Shown piece by piece: positions 49,486 to 63,344 of a stretch of 64,000 nt of DNA. The notes below the pieces were generated by a model. The model made no database searches. It was given only the letters and a program-made list of their open reading frames with translations, and was not told the DNA's origin. Origin of the DNA: Leucoraja ocellata (Eukaryota); contig JAWMAR010001748.1 of the NCBI GenBank assembly GCA_036785375.1, positions 62,001-126,000 on the forward strand, in the 5' to 3' direction. Position 1 is the stretch's first letter, and the number at the start of each line of letters is the position of its first letter. The position numbers and the translations under genes were made by a program.

Positions 49486-50514
49486 ACTTGAATTTTAATT
49501 TATCATTGTATTTTCTATGCATCTGTGAATTTGTCACGTGTGGCATTCAAATGTATGCATTGATCCCAGCCATTGTTAAAGCAATAAATAAAGGGATATG
49601 ATACATGTTCGCAGTTAACCTAGGTTTGTAGAAAATATTATTGACTAACATCATCCATATGCACTTCAACTTTATTTTTACAGGAGAGAATGTTGACAAT
49701 TTAAAATGTTTCTGATGTCATCTGTTCAGAGATTTGCATTTCTTTCTCACTTTATCTGTTTCTCGCCTCTGGGGAAATATTGATTCTGTTTCTGTCCTTC
49801 AGTAAACAAACCTGGGTTGGGGCTGTTGAAATCAGCGTTTATTTAAATCTGCTCATCTCTGTTTCCAGCCGTTTTTAGACCAACACAAACAAGGCAATGA
49901 AGGTATCATTCTCGACGGCGATTATATGTTTTAATGAAGGTACACAAAATTGTTGGAGAAACTCAGCGGGTGCAGCAGCATCTATGGAGCGAAGAAAATA
50001 GGCGACGTTTCGGGCCGAAACCCTTAATGATATTGGCAGTTGGCGCAAATCAACTGAATTCTCACAGGGAGTCTATTTTATCATATCTTGTTCAAATAAA
50101 ATGATGTGATTTTATATTACGGATTCACTCCAGAATATTAGTTTGCTGTTCACTTGAATCTTCACTTGAAGAAATATCTAAGCACGCGAGGTCAATGGAG
50201 GAATCGAGTTCTTTCCACACCTCCACTGTAGGTNNNNNNNNNNNNNNNNNNNNNNNNNNNNNNNNNNNNNNNNNNNNNNNNNNNNNNNNNNNNNNNNNNN
50301 NNNNNNNNNNNNNNNNNNNNNNNNNNNNNNNNNNNNNNNNNNNNNNNNNNNNNNNNNNNNNNNNNNNNNNNNNNNNNNNNNNNNNNNNNNNNNNNNNNNN
50401 NNNNNNNNNNNNNNNNNNNNNNNCGCCATGTACTTCCAGGCCCAAGTAAGAATGTAATTGTACCGCTTTCAGCACATGAAAATTATACATTCTTGATCCT
50501 TGACGCGTCATGTG

Positions 50515-52710
50515 TTAGAAACATAGAGGAAACATAGAAACATGGAAAAATATGTGCAGGAGTAGGCCATTCGGCCCTCCGAACAGGAACCACCATTCAA
50601 CATAATCATGGCTGATCATCTAAATTCAGTACCCCGTACGTGCTTTTTCCCCATATCCCTTGTTTCCATTTGTCCTAAGAGCTAAATCTAACTCTCTCTT
50701 GAAAAGATCCAGAGAATTGGCTCTGCTGCCTTCTGTGGCAGATAATTCTGCAAATTCACAAGTCCCTGGGTGAATTTTTTTATCCTCATCTCAGTCCTAC
50801 ATGGCCTATCCCTTATTCTTACACCGTGACCTCTGGTTCTGGGCTCCCCCAACGTCGGGAAAATGTTTCCTGCATCTAGCCCCTCAGTCCCGCCATCCCG
50901 GGAATTAACCTGGTGAACCTACTTTGCACTCCCTCAATAGCAATAATGTCCTTCCTGAAATTTGGAGACCAAAATTGCACACAATACTCCAGGTGTGGTC
51001 TCACCTGGGCCCTGTACAACTGCCAGTAGGACCTCCTTGCTCCAAAACTCAAATCCTCTCGCAATGAAGGCCAACATGCCTTTAGATTTCTTCACTGCCT
51101 GCCGTACCTGCATGCTCACTTTCAGGACTGATGTACAAGCACACCAGGTCTTGTTGCACCTCCCCTTTTTCAAATCTGACACCATTCAGATAATAAACTG
51201 CCTTCCTGTTCTTGCCACCAAAATGGGTAACCTCACATGTATCCACATTATACTGCATGCATCTGTCTTATTTTAAGTCACCTTGCAGCCTTATAGCATC
51301 CTCATCGCAGCACCCACTGCCACCCAGCTTTGCGTCATCCGTAAATTTAACTTGGAAATGACACATTTAATTCCCTCGCCTAAATCGTTAATAAATATTG
51401 TAAATAACTGGGGTCCCAGCCCCGAGCCTTGCCGCACATCATTTGTCACTGCCTGGCATTCTGAAAAGGACCAGTTATGCCTACTCTTTGCTTCCTGTCT
51501 GACAACCAGTTCTCTATCCATGTCAATACCCTTCCCCCATTACCATGTGATCTAATTATGCACACTAATCTCTTGTGTGGGACCTTGTCAAAGGTTTTTT
51601 GAAAGTCCAGATACACCACATCTACTGGCCCTTATCCATTCTACTTGTTGCTTCCTCAAAAAATTCCAGAAGATTAGTCAAGCATGATTTCCCTTCATAA
51701 AGCCATGCAGACTTTGACCAATCCTGTCACTGTTTTCCAAATGCGCTGCTATAACATCTTTAATAATCGACTCCAGCATCTTCCCCACGACCGATGTATG
51801 GCTAAGTGGTCTATAATTCCCCGTTTTCTCTCTCCCTCCTTTCTTAAAAAGTGGAGTTACAACGGCTGCACTCCAGTCTACAGGAACGGATCCAGTCGGG
51901 AGAATATTGGAAAATTATCACCAATGCATTCACGATTTCGAGAGCCACCTGCTTGAGTACTCTGGGATGCAGACCAACAGGCCCTGGGGATTTATTTGTC
52001 TTCAGCCCCAACAGTTTGCATACACCATTTCCTGACTAATGTGGGTTCCCTTCAGTTCCTCCCTCCCACTAAATCCTCGGTCCCCTTGTATTTCTGGGAG
52101 ATTGTTTGTGTCTTTCTTAGTAAATACTGAACCAAATTACTCGTTTAACTGATCTGCCATTTCCTTGCTTTCCATTAGAAATTCACCTGTCTCTGATTGT
52201 AAGTGACCCAAGTTTTCTTCACTGATCTTTTCCTTTTTACATATCTAAAGAAGCTATTGCAGTCAGTTTTTATATTCCCCGCAAGCGTTCTTTCATGCTC
52301 TCTTTTCCCGCTCTTAATTAACCCTTATTTCCTACCATGTTGAATTCTAAATTTCTCCCAGTCCTCTGGCCAATTTATATAACCTCTTCCCTGGCTGGCT
52401 GGATTATGGTGCCATCCTCACCTTGGTGCCATTTATGTTATGTTCTGTGTTTGAGCTTTTTTTTAATTCAATTTCAATTTTATTTTTAATATGTTTTATT
52501 ATTTATTTATTATTTATTTTATTTTTTGTGATTTTTTTTAATGATACTGCCTGTAAGGGAAATTCATTTTGTTGTCTCAAATTGACAATAAATTTGAATA
52601 CAATACAATACAATACAATAACACTATCCTTGATTTCCCTCGTTAGTCACGTTGAGCCGCCTTCCCCATATTGTTTCTTTCTCCAGCCGGGGATGAACAC
52701 ATTTTGGAGT
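50515..52710 (-). mobile_element. Degraded CR1 LINE with a small (CAATA)n-tailed insert (about 52395-52620)
   Basis: RT and C-terminal motifs on the minus strand; tail at about 50515-50550. Confidence 0.8.
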
Positions 52711-53683
52711 TCAGCCACCATTCAATGATCATCAATGATAGGCTGTTTTATACAGTAAATTGCTAGATTCTGAAGGACATGGATGTGCTGAGGGATCTTG
52801 GAGTCCAAGTTCATAGCTTGCTGCAGTTGGCAGCACATGTAGATGGTAAAGTGGATGTATGGTATACTTGCGTTCATTGCTAGGGGTGTTGAGCATAAGG
52901 GTCAGGAACATGATGCAGTTCTATATGACTTTGATGAGGCAGTAATTGGAGTATTGAGTACAGATCCGATCGCCCCATTAAAGGGAAGAAATTGAGGTTT
53001 TGGAGAGGGTACAAAACAGGTTAACCAGAATTATACTGCATCTGCCATGCATTTGCCCACTAACCCAGCCTATCCAAGTCATCTTGCAGCCTCCTAGCAT
53101 CCTCTTAACCAGAATAACCAGAATGCTGCCTGGATCAGGCACAGGGAGAGATTGGATTCCCGTGGATTGTTTTCTCTGGAATGTCGGAGGTTTGTGGGGG
53201 ACTTGATAGACGTATATACAATGATGAGAGTCATTGAAACGGTAGATATTTAGTATCATTTTCAAGGATGGAAATGTCCAACACGAGAAGACGTAGCTAT
53301 AAGGTGTGAGGGAGAACGTTGAATACAGATGGGCGAGGCAAGTATTTTACATGGAAGGTACGGACCAGGAACACATGATGGTGGTGTGGGTGGATATGAT
53401 AGTGGTGTTTATGAGGCTCATTGTAGGTACAGGGAAGTGCAGAGAGTACAAGGATATGGATCAGGACAGGCAGATCAGTTTAATTGGACTTAATGTTCGC
53501 CACAAACATTGCCTTCCTAAGGTTTCTAAGGATTTGGACGAGGAAATTGAATGCAACATCTCCAAGTTTGCAGATGACACGAAGCAGGGGGGCAGTGTTA
53601 GCTGTGTGGAGGATGCTAGGAGGCTGCAAGGTGACTTGGATAGGTTGGGTGAGTGGGCAAATGCATGGCAGATGCAGTATAAT

Positions 53684-56600
53684 AGTAAGATTAAACGAGA
53701 ACTTACCAGTTTGAAGTTTGATCTGTATTTTATGAGGAGTTACGATGAGGGATTGCGTGAAGAGCCCACTCAGCACGCATGCGCGGCATACTTCAAAGCA
53801 GCGATGTGGAATCACAGATAGACACAGTTATTGAAATAAACATAGTAAAGAAAAGGAGACATCAGTTATCAGTTTGACCCATATTATTGAGGATGGGAGC
53901 GGAAGGCACGTATCGTAACTCCTCATAAAATACTGATCAAACTTCAAACTGGTAAGTTCTCGTTTAATCTTACTACTTTACTTCGGAGTCACGTGAGTGA
54001 CTACGTGAAGATTTTAAAGCTGTGATTTCAAACCGTGTAACAGTTATTACTTCACTCACTGCCAAAGTCCTTGAGGGAGGAAGTGTGTTATCGTAATCAA
54101 CCAATGAATCTGTTTGTAGAAAAACACAATGGTATTTATTAACAATAACAACAAAGAAATTAAATTGCTCCCCTGGGCTTAAATTAAATATTTGCAGTCT
54201 GTAAAAAAATTTCTGCAAATAATGCAGGTTTTGCCAACGGCTTATTATAAAACGTTCGGAACATTCTTTCCCCCGACCATCCTGCTGTAGCCAGGATGTG
54301 GTCTATAGGCATGTCCATTCTTTTGGCCGTCGTCATGGATGCTGCCCTGGTGGAGTGAGATTTGTACATGTTAGTGTTTATCCCAGCAGCTTTTAGCACC
54401 TGCTTGAGCCATCTTGAAATGGTTTGGCTCGTCACCCGACCATAAGGTTTTTTATGGTCCATAAGGCTATTTCACTCCCTCGAATATTTTTGGTTGTATC
54501 TATGTAGAACAGTAGGTGGGTCATGGCACATAACCGTGGTTCTGGTGGGTAAGCCCGGAATTCCACGGATTAGGTGTTCCTTGTCTGCTCTGTTTGATCA
54601 TTCCCTGGATAATGACAGAGATCTGGTCTGGAGCTGTGAGCATGGTGTCCAGTCATAATAGGTGTAGTGACTGGACCCTCTGTGCAGCTACAAGTGCCAT
54701 CAACATGAGTGTTTTGAGCGTAGATTGATCCAGGTTGAGGGATCTGTCTGGTGGCCATCCCCTGAGGTATGTCAGGACCACACTGACATCCCATGTATGG
54801 GTGTACCTTGGTCTAGGGGGGTTACAGTTGTAAATGGCCTTCATTAGTTTGACCACCAGCGGGTGGGACACCATGGCCTGTTGTCCTGAAGCTGGTTTTA
54901 AATAGACAGACAGGGCATTTCGAGCTGTGTTGATGGCACTGTAGCTGAGTCCTTCATCGTGGTGAAGGTTCACCAGGAATTCTAGTACATTGGTAACTGT
55001 AGCAGTTGAGTAGGTGGTCCCTGTATCCAAGCAGTACTTCTTCCACTTTTTGATGCTGGACAAGTACTGTTTTCTTGTGGATGTTCGGAGGGATGCTGAC
55101 ATGGTGTTGACGTTTTTTTCTGACAATCCCAGTCCCAGTAACGGTCTTTTCAAAATCTGCAACCCAGGAGTTTGATTTTTTCATGGCACGGGTGGCTTAT
55201 GCCAGACACTGGGTGTGTTAATAATTCTGGGTTACTGGGAAATATCATCGGGGTTTCAACAACCATGTCGTGGAGTAATGGGAACCATGGCTGTGTAGGC
55301 TAGTCGGGTACTATCAAAATAGTACCATTTGTATTTTGCGTAGTACCCGACTGATGAGGCAGTAGGGAGGAAATGCATAGAAGAAGAAATGTCCCCAATC
55401 CAGCGCGAACGCATCTACCGCTGCTGCCTCAGGGTCTGGTTCGCAAGCGACATACATAGGTACCTGGTGATTTAGCCTTGATGCAAATAGGTCAATATCT
55501 GGCGTGCCATATTGCTTAATAATTTTTGCAAACACTTTGGGGTTTAACATCCATTCGATGTTGTCATTAAATTTGCGTGACCTGGTGTCTGCCACTGTAT
55601 TTAGCTTACCTGGCAGGTAAGTTGCTGATAGCCAACTATGTCTTTCGACACACCATTGCCAAATTGTGTTGACCAATTTGTCGCATGATATTGATTTTAT
55701 GCCGCCCATATGGTTAATGTAGGCCACCACCGTACTTTTGTCTATTTGTAACCGAACATGCAAGTGATGCATATTGGATGCATATGCTTTTAAACCATAA
55801 AAGGCACCCAACATCTCTAGATAGTTAATGCCCAGTGTAAGTAGTAATGATGACTCTGGGTTAGTCCATCTACCACCTGTGCTGGATATCGAGTTAGTCG
55901 CTCCCCAGCCTTGAGCACTGGCATCTGTTTGGATAACTAAAGTAGGGTTAATGATGATGATAGAGCTGAAACTATGCCAAATGTTTTCTGCCCACCATTG
56001 TAGTTCTGATATTGCTTCAGTGGGTAACTTCATGACACGATCATAATGACCTGCATGTCGTTTTAGTGCCTGTACCTTTGCTCTTTGTAAGTTTTGATAG
56101 TGCAAAGGTCCGAATTGTGTAGCCGGAAATGCTGCTACCATTTTCCCAATTATTCTTGCTACTTGTCGAATAGTTGGTCGCTCATTGACCATTAAATTGT
56201 TGCATGATTGTGCCAATTCAACTGTTTTGTCTTTTGGCAAAGTGGACTTGTGGACTGAGTTAATTGTGAAGCCCAAGTAGTCCATGGTTGTGGATGGCTT
56301 CAACTTAGATTTATCTGGATGTAAGACAAATCCCAAGGTTTCGAACAACTGTTTGGTAGCTGACACAGCTGATACAGCCAATTCCATGGTCTTGCCTACT
56401 ATTAAGATATCATCAAGATATGCCATGCCAATATGTTTTTGTCTTCTTCATATTGCCAGGGCTGGTTTTAGTATCTTGGTGAGTAATCTTGGGGCTGATG
56501 TTAACTCATTGGGTAATGCATTAAACTGCCATAGCTGCCCCATGCAGGTAAATTTCAGGTATCTGCGATGATCCTTGTGAATGGGTACTGAATAGTAAGC

Positions 56601-57150
56601 ATCTTTGAGGTCAATGCTTGCCATGAAGTATCCTTTGGAAATCAGTTGTTTGGCAGTAACAAACGTTTCCATTTTGAAATGTATATACTTAACAAACATA
56701 TTTAGTGAAGTTAAGTCAATGATGATGCGACATCTACCACCTTTTTTAGTTTTAGTGAATATATTTGACACAAATTCCAAGGGTTCCTGTTTTGTTTTTT
56801 CAATGATACCCTTATTGATTAGTCTCACCAGTTCAGCTTGTGTCTCGCGTTTCTCTTTAACTGAGAGGGAAAAGACCCTCTGGGGTGAATGTTGAACTGG
56901 TGGCAATTTTTCTAGTATGAATTGTATTTTGTATCCACTAATGCTATTGAGTATATACTTGTCACTCATGATAGACTTCCATGCTCCCTTAAACAGGTGT
57001 AATCTACCCCCTGTTAGTAATGCGCCCCTACTTTCTATATGCTGGTAGGAACCAGAACCACCTACCTCCATGGTTATGGGTGTTTCTTCTGTCTCTTCCC
57101 AGACCAGCGAGTCTTGCGCATTGCCTGACGTGGCGGTGATGTTTGTAGTC
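53684..57150 (-). mobile_element. DIRS1-type retrotransposon 3' part: RT, RNase H, dam-like methyltransferase, tyrosine recombinase, ICR and right terminal repeat
   Basis: SIDLKDAY, YLDD, TDAS..GWG, DIDLFASRLN...YAFPP; YR motifs R, HSTR, W, Y; 63-bp inverted repeat 53684-53746 / 53912-53974. Confidence 0.93.
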
Positions 57151-57151
57151 C

Positions 57152-60100
57152 TTCTCTCCTGGGGGAGGTGGGACCAGTACAAACAGGACGGTCTGCACCT
57201 GGACTGGAATGGAACCAATGTCCTTGGGGGAATGTTTGCTTGTGCTGTCGGGGAGGATTTAAACTAATGTGGCAGGGGGATGGGTACAAGAGCAGAGAGG
57301 CAGGGGGGTGTAAAATGAGGGTAGAAGCAATAGGTAGCAAGGTGAAAAGTAAAAGTGGCAGGCAGACAAAACCAGGGCAAAAATCAAAAAGGGCCACTTT
57401 TCAACATAATTATATAAGGGGTAAGAGAGTTGTAAAAACAAGCCTGAAGGCTTTGTGTCTCAATGCAAGGAGTATTCGTAATAAGGTGGATGAGTTGAAC
57501 GTGCAGATAGCCATTAATGATTATGATATAGTTGGGATCACGGAGACATGGCTCCAGGGTGACCAAGGCTGGGAGCTGAACATCCAGGGATATTCAATAT
57601 TCAGGAGGGATAGAGATAAAGGAAAAGGAGGTGGGGTAGTGTTACTGGTTAGAGAGGAGATTAACTCAATAGAAAGGAAGGACATTAGCTTGGAGGATGT
57701 GGAATCGGTATGGGTAGAGCTGCGAAACACTAAGGGGCAGAAAACGTTGGTGGGTGTTGTGTACAGGCCACCTAACAGTAGTAGTGAAGTTGGAGATGGC
57801 ATCAAACAGGGAATTAGAAATGCGTGTGACAAAGGCAAAACAGTTATAATGGGTGACTTCAATCTACATATAGATTGGGTGAATCAAATTGGCAGGGGTG
57901 CTGAGGAAGAGGATTTTTTGGAATGTATGCGGGATAGTTATCTAAATCAACATGTAGAGGAACCAACGAGAGAGCAGGCTATTTTAGACTGGGTATTGAG
58001 TAATGAGGAAGGGTTAGTTAGTAGTCTTGTTGTGCGTGGCCCCTTGGGCAAGAGTGACCATAATATGGTTGAGTTCTTCATTAGGATGGAGAGTGACATT
58101 GTTAATTCAGAAACAATGGTTTTGAACTTAAAGAAAGGTAACTTTGAGGGTATGAGACGTGAATTGGCCAAGATTGACTGGCAATTAATTCTAAAAGGGT
58201 TGACAGTGGATATGCAATGGAAGACATTTAAAGACTGCATGGATGAACTACAAAAATTGTTCCTCCCAGTTTGGCAAAAGAATAAATCAGGGAAGGTAGT
58301 ACATCCGTGGATAACAAGGGAAATCAGGGATAGTATCAAAGCGAAGGATGATGCGTACAAATTAGCCAGAAAAAGCAGCATACCGGAGGACTGGGAGAAA
58401 TTCAGAGACCAGCAGAGGAGGATGAAGGGCTTAATTAGGAAAGAAAAATGGATTATGAAATAAAACTGGCAGGGAACATAAAAACTGACTGCAAAAGTTT
58501 TTATAGATATGTGAAAAGAAAGAGATTAGTTAAAACAAATGTAGGTCCCTTGCAGTCAGAAACAGGTGAGTTGATCATGGGGAACAAGGATATGGCGGAC
58601 CAATTGAATAACTACTTTGGTTCCGTCTTCACAAAGGAAGACATAAATAATCTGCCGGAAATAGCAGGGGCCCGCGGGTCAAAGGAGTTGGAGGAATTGA
58701 GTGAAATCCAGGTTAGTCGGGAAGTGGTGTTGGGTAAATTGAATGGATTAAAGGCCGATAAATCCCCAGGGCCAGATAGGCTGCATCCCAGAGTACTTAA
58801 GGAAGTAGCTCCAGAAATAGTGGATGCATTAGTAATAATCTTTCAAAACTCTTTAGATTCTGGAGTAGTTCCAGAGGATTGGCGGGTAGCAAACGTAACC
58901 CCACTTTTTAAGAAGGGAGGGAGAGAGAAAACAGGGAATTACAGACCAGTTAGTCTAACATCAGTAGTGGGGAAACTGCTAGAGTCAGTTATTAAAGATG
59001 GGATAGCAGCACATTTGGAAAGTGGTGAAATCATTGGACAAAGTCAGCATGGATTTACGAAAGGTAAATCATGTCTGACGAATCTTATAGAATTTTTCGA
59101 GGATGTAACTGGTAGCGTGGATAGGGGAGAACCAGTGGATGTGGTGTATCTGGACTTCCAGAAGGCTTTCGACAAGGTCCCACATAAGAGATTAGTATAC
59201 AAACTTAAAGCACATGGCATTGGGGGTTCAGTATTGATGTGGATAGAGAACTGGCTGGCAAACAGGAAGCAAAGAGTAGGAGTAAACTGGTCCTTTTCAC
59301 AATGGCAGGCAGTGACTAGTGGGGTACCGCAAGGCTCAGTGCTGGGACCCCAGCTATTTACAATATATATTAATGATCTGGATGAGGGAATTGAAGGCAA
59401 TATCGCCAAGTTTGCGGATGACACTAAGCTGGGGGGCAGTGTTAGCTGTGAGGAGGATGCTAGGAGACTGCAAGGTGACTTGGATAGGCTGGGTGAGTGG
59501 GCAAATGTTTGGCAGATGCAGTATAATGTGGATAAATGTGAGGTTATCCATTTTGGTGGCAAAAACGGGAAAGCAGACTATTTCCTAAATGGTGGTCGAT
59601 TGGGAAAGGGGGAGATGCAGCGAGACCTGGGTGTCATGGTACACCAGTCATTGAAGGTAGGCATGCAGGTGCAGCAGGCAGTAAAGAAAGCGAATGGTAT
59701 GTTGGCTTTCATAGCAAATGATTTGAGTATAGGAGCAGGGAGGTTCTACTGCAGTTGTACAGGGTCTTGGTGAGACCCCACCTGGAGTATTGCGTGCAGT
59801 TGTGGTCTCCAAATCTGAGGAAGGACATTATTGCCATAGAGGGAGTGCAGAGAAGGTTCACCAAACTGATTCCTGGGATGTCAGGACTGTCTTATGAAGA
59901 AAGACTGGATAGACTTGGTTTATACTCTCTAGAATTTAGGAGATTGAGAGGGATCTTATAGAAACTTACAAAATTCTTAAGGGGTTGGACAGGCTAGATG
60001 CAGGAAGATTGTTCTCGATGTTGGGGAAGTCCAGGACAAGGGGTCACAGCTTAAGGATAAGGAGGAAATCCTTTAAAACCGAGATGAGAAGAACTTTTTT

Positions 60101-60331
60101 CACACAGAGAACTCTCTGCCACAGAGGGTAGTTGAGGCCAGTTCATTGGCTATATTTAAGAGGGAGTTAGATGTGGCCCTTGTGGCCAAGGGGATCAGGG
60201 GGTATGGAGAGAAGGCAGGTACGGTATACCGAGTTGGATGATTAGCTATGATCATATTGAATGGCGGTGCAGGCTCGAAGGGCCGAATGGCCTACTCCTG
60301 CACCTAATTTCTATGTTTCTATGTTTCTATG
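57152..60331 (+). mobile_element. CR1 LINE: end of ORF1 plus near-complete ORF2 (APE, RT), frameshifted
   Basis: ORFs 57168-58463 and 58448-59773; CTATGTTT tail. Confidence 0.93.
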
Positions 60332-60411
60332 TTAACTCTCTTCCTAACTCCCTAAGTTCTCCTTTCAGGACCTCTTCTTTTTTTTACCTATGTTATGGTA
60401 CCTATATGTAC

Positions 60412-61799
60412 CAAAGATCCTATAGCAGAGCAAGATAGGCTACTCCTGCTAAATGCAATGGACTGACGTGTAGTACGCTATGGAGGGGATCATGGGCATT
60501 TTTCCACGCCCATTTTAGCAACCTGAGCCTACCTGACCCGACCCGACTCGCACTGTAATCAATGTTGCGGGGCAACAGTTTGTGTCGGTTAGATTCATAA
60601 ATCTGTCAGTTCAAACTTCTTGTCAAGAATAAAATTTGATTCTGGTAATTGCCTTTTTTAATGGTTTTTAATTCATTTCTTTTTAAATGGCTCACAAGCA
60701 GTGTTTGAGTTGATTTTGTAGTAACCGGAACCGACCCGACTCGCAGGGTGATTGACAGGGGGGACTTTTTGTGCGTGATTATAGGGTTAGATTCATAATT
60801 CTGTTAGTTCATAATTCTGTTGATTCTTGTTAAAGAATAAAATGTTTATAAACACACATACATGAAAATTATATAAATGTATATAACACACACAATTATA
60901 TTTCTTCTAATCCAATAATGAACTTTATTTCAGACTAAACAAGGGACATTAAATAAGAAACATTGTAAATAAGAAACATTGTAAACCTCCCTGCAACTTC
61001 ACACACACTAGGCTTTATCCCCCCCGGCACTCTCTCGCCTGCCCCCTTACTCCAATGTCCCCCTACTATGCCCCTCTCCTCGCCGCCCCGGGCCCCACAC
61101 TCCTTCTCCTCGCTGCCCCGGGCCCCACACTCCTTCTCCTCGCTGCCCCGGGCCCCACACTCCTTCTCCCCGCTGTCCCGCTACCCCGCACTCTCTCTCC
61201 CCGCTGCCCCGGGCCCCACACTCCCTCTCCCCGCTGCCCCGGGCCCCGCACTCTCTCTCCCCGCTGCCCCGGGCCCCACACTCCCTCTCCCCGCTGCCCC
61301 GGGCCCCGCACTCTCTCTCCTCACTGCCCCGGGCCCCACACTCTCTCTCCCCGCTGCCCCGGGCCCCACACTCTCTCTCCCCGCTGCCCCGGGCCCCACA
61401 CTCCCTCTCCCCGCTGCCCCGGGCCTCACACTCCCTCTCCCCGCTGCCCCGGGCCCCACACTCCTTCTCCTCGCTGTCCCGGGCCCCACACTCCTTCTCC
61501 TCGCTGCCCCGCTGCCCCGCACTCCTTCTCCCCGCTGCCCCGCACTCCTTCTCCCCACTGCCCCGCACTCTCTCTCCCCGCTGCCCCGGACCCCGGGCCC
61601 CGCACTCCTTCTCCCTGCTGCGGATCCAATCTTTGGCCGGAAGCAAGAAGGCGGGAGCAAGAAAGCGGAACAAGATGTTGGAACAAGATGGCGGAGGCAG
61701 GTTGCTAAAATGAGGCCTAAAATCGTCCATGAATCCACCCATGAACGAACCTCACTTTTGCGTGAGAGTAACCCATCTTGCTCTGCTATAGGATCTTTG
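60412..61799. mobile_element. Non-autonomous DNA transposon, 34-bp TIR starting CAAAG, 8-bp TSD (P-like or hAT)
   Basis: TIR CAAAGATCCTATAGCAGAGCAAGATRGGYTACTC; TSD ATATGTAC at 60404-60411 and 61800-61807. Confidence 0.88.
61068..61620. repeat. 30-bp GC-rich minisatellite (CCGCTGCCCCGGGCCCCACACTCYCTCTCC)n
   Basis: Direct inspection; lies inside the transposon. Confidence 0.93.
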
Positions 61800-62479
61800 A
61801 TATGTACTGTGACCTCAGGCTCCTCTCCCTCCCATTTCAGGATTTTTTGGACACGTTCAGACACATCCCTGACCCTGGCACCAGGGAGGCAAACTACCAT
61901 CCGGATCTCCTGTCTGCGTCCACAGAATCATCTATCCGACCCCTGACTATAGAGTCCGCTATTACAATTGCCCTCCTCTTCTTTTCCTTACCCTTCTGAG
62001 CAACAGGACCGGTCTTTGTACCAGAGGCCCGGCCGCTGTCGCTGCCCCCAGGTAGGCTGTCTCCCCCACCCTTACTCAAACATGAGTACTTATTTTCAAG
62101 GTGTACAGCCACCGGGGTACTCACTAGTCCCTGCCACTGCCCATTGCCCTTCCTAACTGTGACCTAGTTGTCTGCCTCCCGTGGTCTTGGAGTGACCACC
62201 TCCCTGTAACTCCTCTCTATGACCTCCTCGCTCTCCCTGACCAGACAGAGGTCATCGAGCTGCTGCTCCAGGTTCCTAACACGGTCCCTTAGGAGCCCCA
62301 TCTCGACGCACCTGGCGCAGATGTGGACGTCTGGAGGGGTATCAGACTCCATGACCAGCCAAGCCGTCACTATGTTCTGCCAGATTCTGAAAGTATTTGA
62401 CATTGTCAATGTGAATTATCATCATTTATTCACATTTAAACTGTCTGACATGTCATTTTTACCATGTTATGCTGTTTAT

Positions 62480-62930
62480 CATATGCTGAGAGAATGGAGC
62501 AGCTGGGCTTGTACACTCTGGAGATTTGAAGGATGAGAGGATATCTTATTGAAATATAAAATTATTCAGGGTTTGGACACGCTAGAGGCAGGAAACATGT
62601 TCCCGATGTTGGGGGAGTCCAGAACCTGGGGCCACAGTTTAAGAATAACGGGTAAGCCATTTAGAATGGAGATGAGGAAACACTTTTTCGCACAAAGTCT
62701 GGCGAGTCTGTGGAATTCTCTGCCTCAGAGGGCGGTGGAGGCAGGTTCTCTGGATACTTTCAAGAGAAAGCTAGATAGGGCTCTTAAATATAGCGCAGTC
62801 AGGGGATATGGGGAGAAGGCAGGAACGGGGTACTGATTGGGGATGATCAGTCATGATCACATTGAATGGCGGTGCTGGCTCGAAGGGGGAAATGGCCTAC
62901 TCCTGCACCTATTCTCTATTGTCTATTGTT
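62480..62930 (+). mobile_element. CR1 3' fragment
   Basis: ORF 62549-62836; CTATTGT tail. Confidence 0.88.
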
Positions 62931-63012
62931 GTGTATGGGACATGCTCCAGGGAAATATTTATAATGCAATTTCATGAACAACAATGTTGTACACTGAAAA
63001 ATATTATAGTAA

Positions 63013-63344
63013 TGCCCCTGTCCCACTTAGCAAACCTGAACGGAAACCTCTGGAGACTTTGCGTCCCACCCAAGGTTTCCGTGCGGTTCCCGGAGGTTGC
63101 AGGTGGTTGCTGGAGGTTGCAGGTAGTGAAAGGTAGACAAAAATGCTGGAGAAACTCAGCGGGTGCAGCAGCATTTATGGAACAAAGGAAATAGGCAACG
63201 TTTCGGGCCGAAACCCATCTTCTTGCTGGTAGTGGAAGCAGGCAGGGAGACTGACAAAAACCTCTGGGAACCGCACGGAAACCTTAGGTGGGGCGCGAGG
63301 TCTCCAGAGGTTTCCGTTCAGGTTTCCTAAGTGGGACAGGGGCA
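63013..63344. mobile_element. MITE with ~85-bp TIRs (PIF/Harbinger-like) containing a Penelope terminal-repeat insert (about 63130-63225)
   Basis: TGCCCCTGTCCCACTTAG... at both ends, inverted; flanks TAA/TAG. Confidence 0.75.

Larger units (their letters stand above)
60332..62365 (-). mobile_element. CR1 ORF1 fragment interrupted by a DNA transposon
   Basis: Homologous to 26328-26981 (HICARC, VVCLPGARV). Confidence 0.82.

Noticed and set aside
61047-61946. Pro/Gly/Arg-rich ORFs on both strands
   Set aside because: Products of a GC-rich 30-bp minisatellite inside a transposon.
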